A DNA stretch of 64,000 nucleotides. Source: Minutocellus sp. GHC0000111 (Eukaryota). The notes under the pieces are model-generated. The model searched no databases. It saw only the letters and a list, made by a program, of their open reading frames with translations, and was not told where the DNA came from. Of this stretch, positions 45,809-54,938 are shown piece by piece (within the stretch, counting starts at the first letter, position 1; each line of letters begins with the position of its first letter). The position numbers and the translations under genes were made by a program. The stretch lies in NCBI GenBank assembly GCA_977018835.1, contig OZ361257.1, positions 1,922,001 through 1,986,000 of the forward strand, in the 5' to 3' direction.

Positions 45809-48484
45809 ATGAAGATGGCGGAGACTTCAAGTGATACGCCGTTGGCCTCCAAGAGACGGAGGAGAGCCGTCAAGCAGTCGAGTATGGCGCCTGTTTTCAT
45901 CATACCATCCTTGAGCGTCCTATCAGCAATATTTCTCGCGGCGACACATAGCGTATCTTCGTTTCATCTGCGCTCGACCATACCAAACCCAACATTATCA
46001 AACGTGCTCGCACAAAGAACAATACGAACTAGAAGTACTTGTAGTAGACCGATAAGAAGGCTTCGTTCTGATCACGAATTATTATTAGACGGTGTCTCGT
46101 TAAGCGGGAGTATTGTTGGCTGTACTAGAAATTCACATTTTCAGTGTAATCGAGTGTCTCTGTTCAGTGCAGGCTCTGATGATGGAGATGAAGAGGAAGA
46201 CGACCGACCTCAGGTGCCATCATCGTTTTCAGAGGACGTTGGCAAAGATTTCGACGCCTTCTTAGATGACATAATATCACGGAAGCAAAAGGCCACGAAG
46301 CGCTCCGACCCCTCCATAGCTGCAACTCGTCCCCCGACTCCGCCGACTCGAAAACAACAAATAGAAGCGAAGGTGGCTGCCGCAGAAAATTCTGTTGGAC
46401 AGAACAACTCTGATGATATGCGCAAATTGCTCGAGCAACAACAGGCGCAGATCCAAATGCTTTTGGAACAAAACCAAGAACAGATGAAGATGCTCCAAGA
46501 GAAGAATCAAGTTCTTTCCGATCAAATTTCTGCTTCAGACTCGACGGCCTCATCGACAGTAGCAGACGGGCCCAAACCAACATACGAGGCAAGTGATGCA
46601 CGCATGAGTATGTCGACTGTGCCTTCTCAACTGGAATTTAATCCACAAGAGGACGACTCGAGTTTTGTTTCGAGCAATGATCTGGGTATCACGCCACCAG
46701 AAGCAGAGAATGTGGCACCCCTCCGAGCAATGCTCTTCATTGACGGTACCAATTTGTATTACTCCACATTTGGACGGCAGAGGGTGATTGGTCACAAATT
46801 CGGAAATGATTGGCCAAAAACGCATAAAATTGATTGGAACGAGTGGCCCCGGGTGATTTGCGAAGCTCTGCAGAAGCAGATATTCGAACAGGGGTGGTCA
46901 GCGCGACCGGTGGAGATTGTTCGAGCGTGCGTGTTCACTGCGTACAAGAAAAGCACCGGAAGGAAGTCCGATCGAGTGCAAATGTTTGAGGATATGAGCA
47001 ATGCCGGCTACGACGTACACATTATGGAAGCAACAGGTGATGTCGAGAAGTGTGTTGACATTCAGTTGGCTACCGAAATTCTTCATTATGCCACCGTTCC
47101 AAAAGCGTATGATATCGCCATCCTTTTGTCTGGCGACAAGGACTTCCTTCCCGCTCTCATTCGAACGAGGCAAAAGGGCAAACGAGTTGCCATTGTTGCC
47201 TCCAAGGTGGGATGCAATCAGGCATTTTTCGACACACCAAACATTAAAGACTTTGATATGATTTTCTGGGATGATTACTTGGACCGTCTTGTCAAGCCTT
47301 TGACCAACGAGGAGCTGGAAATGAGAAAGTCGGCAGGAGAAGTTTCAGATTTCATCTTTGCAAAGCTACTACGAGATATGATTAAGCAGTTTGGTGATGA
47401 ACAAAAGCAAATATCCTCTCGCGATATTGGCAGATGTTTGAAACAGGTGCCATTCGCTGACTCCAATATGCTGGAATTGATGAAGGAAAGCCACAGATCA
47501 ATTCGACTATTTCTTCAAGAAAAGGTACCAGATATGTTCACCTTTCATGAAAGACCCTGGGACACCGAGGCACAGGACTTTGAATTTTGGCTTGGCCTAG
47601 CTGACAATGCAGACTCTCTTCTAGCGGACTTGGCGAAGAAGACAGAGTTTTCTGGTTTAGAGAAGGAATTCCTTCGAGAGTATCTGGCCTCGAGGCAGGA
47701 TACCAAAAATACTGACGCCGAATCAGTTGAAGAGCAGCCTCTCGAGCTTCCTTCAGATCTTACTGTAGATTATTCCACATTCAAGGTCACCGAGCTCAAG
47801 GAAAGATGTAGAGAACGCGGCCTACCTGTCTCCGGAACAAAGGCCGTATTACTCGAAAGGGTTCAGGCCGATGTTGAAGAAGAGAAGAATCGTTTGGAGG
47901 AGGAGCATAAGGAAAATATGCGAAAACAAGGCACTATTCGGCCTGTACCTACCGCTCGACTCAATTTCCAGCCCAGCTTCCAAATGGAATTGGAAAAATA
48001 CGATACAGAGAACATTGATCCTGCCGTTAAAGACCATCTGATAGCTTTGATAAAAGAGTATCTTCAGGCATCTGGAGGTAGGGCCGGCAGTAGAGATATT
48101 GGGAGATATCTCGCCGTCAACAAGGCCTTCGACACCGAAAATTATATGACTGCACTCCAAGAGATGAAGAAGCACTACGGCAGCTTTGTGACATTCATCA
48201 TGGCAAATAGCGATACCTTCTCTAGAGGAAAGCAACACCTTACTCCGGAAGGGAAAGAATACGGCTTTCCTGTCTGGGAAAGAAAGGAGGGCGACGTTTT
48301 GTTGGGACGCAGTGCTTACATGGAAGACATCCCCCCTCCTCCAAGCAGATTCCCCCGCGGGCGACCAGGGCAGCGTCGACGATATAGTGGCGGTCGAGGT
48401 CGAGGTCCAGGTCGTGGTCCAGGCCGAGGTCAAGGCCGAGGTGGTGGCCGAGGGCCTGGTCGGGGTCGATATCGATACTACTAG
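45809..48484 (+). CDS. NYN-domain (PIN-fold) RNase with two wHTH/LOTUS-like repeats, SAP domain and RG-rich tail; probable plastid presequence from ATG 45884
   Basis: FIDGTNL, EKCVDIQL, LLSGDKDF; SAP motif KVTELKERCRERGLPVSGTKAVLLERV; two SRDIGRxL repeats; (GRGP/GRGQ)n tail; MAPVFII...SVSS-F signal. Confidence 0.85.
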   Translation: MKMAETSSDTPLASKRRRRAVKQSSMAPVFIIPSLSVLSAIFLAATHSVSSFHLRSTIPNPTLSNVLAQRTIRTRSTCSRPIRRLRSDHELLLDGVSLSGSIVGCTRNSHFQCNRVSLFSAGSDDGDEEEDDRPQVPSSFSEDVGKDFDAFLDDIISRKQKATKRSDPSIAATRPPTPPTRKQQIEAKVAAAENSVGQNNSDDMRKLLEQQQAQIQMLLEQNQEQMKMLQEKNQVLSDQISASDSTASSTVADGPKPTYEASDARMSMSTVPSQLEFNPQEDDSSFVSSNDLGITPPEAENVAPLRAMLFIDGTNLYYSTFGRQRVIGHKFGNDWPKTHKIDWNEWPRVICEALQKQIFEQGWSARPVEIVRACVFTAYKKSTGRKSDRVQMFEDMSNAGYDVHIMEATGDVEKCVDIQLATEILHYATVPKAYDIAILLSGDKDFLPALIRTRQKGKRVAIVASKVGCNQAFFDTPNIKDFDMIFWDDYLDRLVKPLTNEELEMRKSAGEVSDFIFAKLLRDMIKQFGDEQKQISSRDIGRCLKQVPFADSNMLELMKESHRSIRLFLQEKVPDMFTFHERPWDTEAQDFEFWLGLADNADSLLADLAKKTEFSGLEKEFLREYLASRQDTKNTDAESVEEQPLELPSDLTVDYSTFKVTELKERCRERGLPVSGTKAVLLERVQADVEEEKNRLEEEHKENMRKQGTIRPVPTARLNFQPSFQMELEKYDTENIDPAVKDHLIALIKEYLQASGGRAGSRDIGRYLAVNKAFDTENYMTALQEMKKHYGSFVTFIMANSDTFSRGKQHLTPEGKEYGFPVWERKEGDVLLGRSAYMEDIPPPPSRFPRGRPGQRRRYSGGRGRGPGRGPGRGQGRGGGRGPGRGRYRYY

Positions 48485-48601
48485 TAGCTAGCTGATAAGA
48501 ATGAATAGCAATATGTTCGCTTGACTTTTCACTACCACACACTGTGCGATCGTACCCCTATTCATCTTGTCATTATGAGTAGCTCATCTACTATTAAATA
48601 A

Positions 48602-50994
48602 TTAGTTAGTATACACTTCCATTAGTCTTCGGACCATTCGCTCACCTGCGCAAGATCCATCGGTATCCTTGCTCACGTAGCAGAACTTGTTGAAGCTGGC
48701 AAAGCACCAGTCATTGGCAGCAAGGAAGGTAAAGACAATGATCAAACATCCAGCGGTTGCCAAAGCAATGATCGTAGCAAGGATGCAAATGAGGAGGCTG
48801 GCTTTTCCGGTCTTCTTAACGTAGGAGTCAATGTATTTCTTTCCAATGTACGCTCCACAAAGGCAGATGCAGAAGAAGAAGACGGCATAGGACCACGGAA
48901 CGAGACCTGATGTAACGAACATGATTGCGACACTGGAACTGGTGAGGACAATCATAGTTGCTGTAGTAGCGGTCGACACACGGGGGTGGATGCCCATGAT
49001 CAACATGAGAGGTCCGAGAACCATGCCGCCGCCAATACCGATAAGACCGGCAACAACACCTGCCACAAATGTGAAGGCCGAGTAGAAACGGACCTTCTGG
49101 AAGTCCCAGATGACATCGTGGGGCTGGTACGGGTAGCGGACGGCATCCTTCTGCTTCTTCTTCTGGAGAAGCTTGTACGCGTAGAGGCCGGCGAAACCAA
49201 GAGTCCAAAGGAACTGGAAGGCAATGAGAACACCGAACCAGGGGGACTCGCATGTAATGCCAACAAGAGACTCGACACCCTTGCCGCCCTTGAGGAAGGT
49301 GATGATGATAAGACCAATCCAAAGAATGAGCAGGGCCAGGAGCTTCTCCCGTGGGTACTGACGAGCATCCTCCTCAAGGTACTGAATACGTAGTTTGTGC
49401 TCCTCAATCATCTTGACATCGTCAACGACCTTCTCCTCCTCATTGTGAGAGGTTTCGTCCTCCTTCTCTGCGTCAGCATCGGCCTCATCGGCATCAGCAG
49501 ATCCGCTGGGAGACTCATTGTCATCTGTGTTCTCTCCGGTAAGCTCGACAGTACCAATGTGAGAGCTACCAACACCGAGCTCTTTCTTGGCCTTCTTGGC
49601 TTCCTCCTTTTCCTTCTTTTTGGCAGCTTCGGCCTTCTCCTTGGAGCGGGTGGCAAAGAATTTCTTATACGTCTTGTAGCTGGTAAATCCCAGAATGATG
49701 GAGGCAATCATCAGATACAACCAGTTGGGGAGGATAGCCTGGATGAGCTTTCCGAGGACAGCGCCAGCCATCTCCATGGGAGCAAGGAAGAGGGCCATGT
49801 CGTAGTCGATGAGGGGACGGGTGTAGTACTTGACGCCGGTGTGCATGGAATAGCGGAGGGAGAAGGCGCGGTTGGCAACGTATTCGGCATCGGGCTCCTC
49901 ATCCTCGTCCTCGTCATCATCCTCGGGCGGCAGAACAATGTTGCCGTCGGCATCACGCTGGCAGGGATAGTCACGAATCTTTTTGTTAGGATGCTTGGCA
50001 CGGATGTTGATCAAAAGTCCGCCCAAACTGGCACCGAAGATACTGGCCTGGGACAGACCGGAGGCTGGCTTGGGTGCAAACTGCAGAAGGAGGATGCCGA
50101 GGGGGACATAGATACCACCTCCACCAACACCGCAGGCCGTGGCAACACCAGCGGCACAGAACCAAACGAAGGTGCCGACAATGTCATTCCATAGGTAGTG
50201 GTAATCGTCGTCGTCGCTACCGGCACCGAAGAGCTTGCGATTGATGCACTGATTGTTAATCTTGTCTGCAAATACATACATGTAAGAGAAAGGAACGGAG
50301 GGCAAATGAGTGATGTAAGATATGTTTACATGATATAAGAAATGCGGCATATGTGTGACTATGATATCCCCTGTGACTTTTGAGCAATCAGTGCCCAGCA
50401 AAGAGAAAACACAGGCAGAATCGAAACCACTCCATTCTGTTCCAAAATTGGACTATTATTTCTCTCCGATGCTGGTTGGAAGAATGAGAACGAAAGGATT
50501 CATTCCTTTTCCGATGACGAAAGCTGGGATCGATCTGGATTCTCCCTCCCAACTGCCCAGCCATATAATTGCAAACAATCTAGCATGACTTGGTTGTACT
50601 CCTTGCACCTCAAGCATATGTGCTGGACAAAAGCAGGGGTCATTGGAAACGAACAATCGAATCACCAAGCGTGTCTCTTGTCCATGGCGCACGCTTTCAT
50701 ATTTCCAGCTTTCACATCGACTTTCCAGCACACCATGTGCTCCTTTCTCCTGAGGCTTTGATTGAGCAAACACTCACCCGTGTTGAGAAAGCCATCGCAG
50801 GCCAGGCAGTCGGTCACCTCGATGCCACCGCAGTTGCGGCAGTAGAAGGTCTGTCCCTCGGTGGCGCAGCTGTCTCCGTAGCCCGCGAGGAGCCGCTCAA
50901 AGGCGGCAAGGTCGGTGGTGGCGCTGCTCCCACTGGCAGAGGCCGAAGCCAGGCACGCGAACAGCGCGCACAGCAAGACGAAGAGCGATCTCAT
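48602..50994 (-). CDS. TauE/SafE (sulfite exporter) family transporter; 2 exons (50778-50994, 48602-50265)
   Basis: GVGGGGIYVP, RPLIDYD, AGLIGIGGGMVLGPLM, STATTATM. A 512-bp GT..AG intron (50266-50777) joins the signal-peptide exon in frame (G|AC = Asp). Confidence 0.88.
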
Positions 50995-51350
50995 CTTGTC
51001 GTGGAAACAAGAGAGGTGTGTTGTTATTGTTGACTTCAACTCCACTTCAACAACAATGACCAGATCGAATTGTTATTGCTGGGCGCACTTGACTTGAAAA
51101 ATTTCACGGCCACGCTGACATGTCTTTCCGACCGACGACGGCCAGAGCATCCATTTCTATCGATTTTGTTCCAATCTGACACATCGACCGATGACGTGTC
51201 CGCATATGAATACGAAATCTACGTGAGGATTTGTAATCAAACCAATATTCGTATTCATGGCACGTGGCGGGCTTTTGCTGAATCTTCGCATCACTTTTCT
51301 CTTTCCACCGTCACCCTACTCCATCTCCTCCATCTAATAAACATACAACC

Positions 51351-53329
51351 ATGAGCGACGAATGGGATGTCAAGATCTGCTGCATGGGCGCCGGCTACGT
51401 CGGCGGCCCGACCATGGCCGTGATTGCCAAGCAGTGCCCCAAGGTACGATCCTGCCATCACCCGGGACGGCAATTGATTTTTTTTTTGAGTCAGGGACAT
51501 TGCCGCTCTGCATCTCGAGGCAATTTGGGGCAATAAGTGAAAGGCAATTTTGGAAACAATTCACATGGAATGGGTGGCAAAAGTTGACCACAATCGATCA
51601 AGCATAGTCGGCATGGCATCGGCTAATGCTGGAGTAACGGTTCAACAAACGAAACCCAACAAAACTGGCACATGTATTATTGTGGCGCGCAATGCGGGCA
51701 TTTTGCCGGCCGTCATTTGATTCGAACGATTTATTTGCTTAGGGAGAATGCTGCACGGAACAGGCTACAGATACCAGCTGGCTGCAAATACAAATGAAAA
51801 TAAACTCCCAGTGTGATATGGATGGGTCGACCTCGGGACTTTTGCATGCATGTTTTTCACATATCACATTATCGCTCTCGTCATTACTAACGCATTTATT
51901 TTCATTTATTATTGTGCATCCGGCAATTGCATTGCGCATTACTCGCCATAACACCCAAAACTACTTGCTCGGCACTTAACTATAATCACGACAGGTCCGT
52001 GTTTGCGTCGTGGATCTTTCCCAGAAGCAGATCGATGCCTGGAACAGCGACAATCTGCCCATCTACGAGCCCGGTCTGCCCGAGGTCGTTCAGGAGTGCC
52101 GCGGTCGCAACCTGTTCTTCTCGACCGACATCGACAACGAGATCAACAAGGCCGACATCGTCTTCATCTCCGTCAACACCCCGACCAAGACGCAGGGCAT
52201 CGGCGCCGGACGTGCCGCCAACATCAAGAACTGCGAGCTCTGCGCCCGTAAGATTGCCGAGGTTTCCACCTCCGACAAGATCGTCGTGGAGAAGTCGACC
52301 GTCCCCGTCCGTACCGCCGAGGCCGTCAGCCGCGTCCTCAAGGTCAACGAGAAGGGACTCAAGTTCCAGGTCCTGTCCAACCCGGAGTTCCTTGCCGAGG
52401 GTACCGCCATTGACGACCTCATGAAGCCCGACCGCGTCCTCATCGGTGGGCAGCAGACCCCCGAGGGCCTGGCCGCCGCTGAGAAGCTCGTCAGCGTCTA
52501 CGCCAACTGGGTCGACCGGGACAACATCCTGACCACCAACCTCTGGTCTTCGGAGCTGTCCAAGCTCGTTGCCAACGCCTTCCTCGCCCAGCGCGTGTCG
52601 TCCATCAACTCCATCTCGGCCCTCTGCGAGGCCACCGGCGCCGACGTGTCCGAGATCAGCCGTGCCGTCGGCAAGGACGACCGCATCGGCCGCCGCTTCC
52701 TCCAGGCCTCCGTCGGCTTCGGCGGCTCCTGCTTCCAGAAGGACATCCTCAACCTCGTCTACCTCTGCGAGACCTACGGCCTCGACGAGTGCGCCGCCTA
52801 CTGGAACCAGGTCATCCTCATGAACAACTACCAGAAGAAGCGCTTCTCGGAGAAGATGGTGGCCAAGATGTTCAACACCGCCACCAGCAAGAAGGTGGCC
52901 ATCCTCGGATATGCCTTCAAGAAGGACACCGGCGACGTCCGCGAGACCCCGTCGATGTTCGTCGTCCGCGATCTGCTCCAGGAGGGGGCCAAGATCCACG
53001 TCTTCGACCCCCAGGTCAAGCGCGAGGACATGTGGATCGAGATGGACTACACCTGCGGCGTCAACAAGGACAACACCCCCGGCCTCGAGGATGCCGTCAC
53101 CACCTGCACGGACCCCTATGAGGCCTGCAACGGCGCGCACGCCCTGGCCGTCCTGACCGAGTGGGACGAGTTCAAGGCCTACGACTATGAGAAGATCTAT
53201 GCCTCCATGTCCAAGCCGGCCTTCATTTTCGACGGACGGAACATCCTCGACCACGACGCCCTGCGAAAGATTGGCTTCGAGGTCCATGCCATTGGCCACC
53301 CCGACCCCAACGAGTTCGATGACCTGTAA
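51351..53329 (+). CDS. UGDH: UDP-glucose 6-dehydrogenase; 2 exons (51351-51443, 51995-53329)
   Basis: [57 protein letters not shown]; 551-bp phase-0 intron 51444-51994. Confidence 0.97.
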
Positions 53330-53624
53330 AGCGCCTGGCCTACTTTTTGATTGAATGAATTCTTTGGTCATTGATTGGGGGTTTAGAATACAACATATCA
53401 GTTTTGAGCCGTGTGGAAGCAAGAAAGTGTGTCACGTCATTCGCGCATACTTCGGGTTGAGATGGACACATGCATCATAGTTTGAAGCATTTTCGGATCA
53501 CATTAAGATCAAGAGATGAATGTATTGAATGGAAGGAAAGAGAGAATATAAGAGAAAGAGAAAAATATAGAAACAAAAAACTTTACTCTAGAGAATTATA
53601 TCAGAAATTGCAGATGCCGGCATG

Positions 53625-54647
53625 CTAGTGCAGCAAAAGCTGCAGGAACCGCGGCAGTGCTCCTACGTCAGATACTATCATATGGGCCCCAGTCTTCATC
53701 AGTTGCTGCCTTTCACCGCTACCGCTCAGTACGCCGATGCACAGACCAGCTCCTGCGTTCCGTGCCATGCCCGTATCGGCGATTGTATCGCCCACAACAA
53801 TGCATTCTTGTGGTTCTAATCCGGCTTGTTTGCATAATTGCAGGAGTGGATCGGGACTCGGCTTGCCATTGGTGACCTCGTCCCCACAAATGGAATAATT
53901 CACCAACGAAGCGATGTTCCAATGACCCAGGGCAGCATCTGTCGATTTGCGATCGTCGGAGGTACACACTGCTACAATGAGATCGTGTGATTGGCATGTC
54001 TGGATAACCGCGGGTAGATTATCAATAATTGGCGCATCGTTGGAATGGAGGGATCCGATCTCGGCATGCCACGATGCCACCTTATCGAGAATTTCTCTAC
54101 ATCTCGTCGAGTTGTTTCCAATCGCATCCGTCAGATTTTCGGCAAACTCTTCCAATATTTCCTCCCAAGTTCCAGAAGCCAAAAGAGCAGAAGGTAGAAT
54201 ATTTCGTTTTTGGTAGTCCCAGCCGATGGCAGAGTGGATTTTCGAAAGACATTGGCCGATATCATTTGTAGACGAGTCACAATGCGATTGTAGTAGCTCA
54301 GCGCGGGCTCGGCTGGTCATCTCCTCGGCCCATCGACGGAGGGAATCACGATCGTTGCCCAGGGTGCCGTCCTTGTCAAAGACAATCATCCTGAATCTTT
54401 TGATGCGTGTAGAGGAATTCTCGTTGGGAGGGCCAATGTAGCCCGAAACATCGTCAAAAAGGACATTGACCTTCTCTTTGCCGACATCGACATCGTCGAT
54501 GTTGAGAGGGCGAAGGACGTCGTGCTTGGGGATTATTTCATCGGCGCCAGCATTCTCAGATGGTCTGTTCAGAACCAACGAATCCATGGTATTGGTTATG
54601 CTTTGAAGAAGGAAACAAGGTAATGCAAGTTCTCGTGTTCTTTGCAT
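53625..54647 (-). CDS. HAD-superfamily phosphatase (phosphoglycolate-phosphatase-like)
   Basis: FDKDGTL, CTSD, GKPSP, VGDT..D motifs; start may be ATG 54587. Confidence 0.85.
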   Translation of the reverse strand: MQRTRELALPCFLLQSITNTMDSLVLNRPSENAGADEIIPKHDVLRPLNIDDVDVGKEKVNVLFDDVSGYIGPPNENSSTRIKRFRMIVFDKDGTLGNDRDSLRRWAEEMTSRARAELLQSHCDSSTNDIGQCLSKIHSAIGWDYQKRNILPSALLASGTWEEILEEFAENLTDAIGNNSTRCREILDKVASWHAEIGSLHSNDAPIIDNLPAVIQTCQSHDLIVAVCTSDDRKSTDAALGHWNIASLVNYSICGDEVTNGKPSPDPLLQLCKQAGLEPQECIVVGDTIADTGMARNAGAGLCIGVLSGSGERQQLMKTGAHMIVSDVGALPRFLQLLLH

Positions 54648-54938
54648 TGCTCCTCGATCGATTCAAAAGATTCGCTTGGAATGATGCTGCCCTTTCCTCA
54701 TGTGGGATCTGGCACTAACAGCGGAGAAGATTACGTCCCAAAGAAAGGCCTGAAACCTGACGCTGCTGCGACCATCTGCCACGTTGTCTCATACCTAGAC
54801 AGAACTCTTTGATCATTGGCATCTTCGTCGCATAATTACTTCCAAATAAGCACAAGATGTGCTGCAAAGGAGATACCATGCGACCAACCAACAACCAGAG
54901 ATAGGAGGCGCAAGCGATCAGCCAGCAGTGGCGGCATC

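Noticed and set aside
51986..53422. Long antisense ORFs opposite UGDH, RPL11, Hsp33, ctpA, VPS23 and others
   Set aside because: Shadow ORFs caused by codon bias of the real gene on the other strand.
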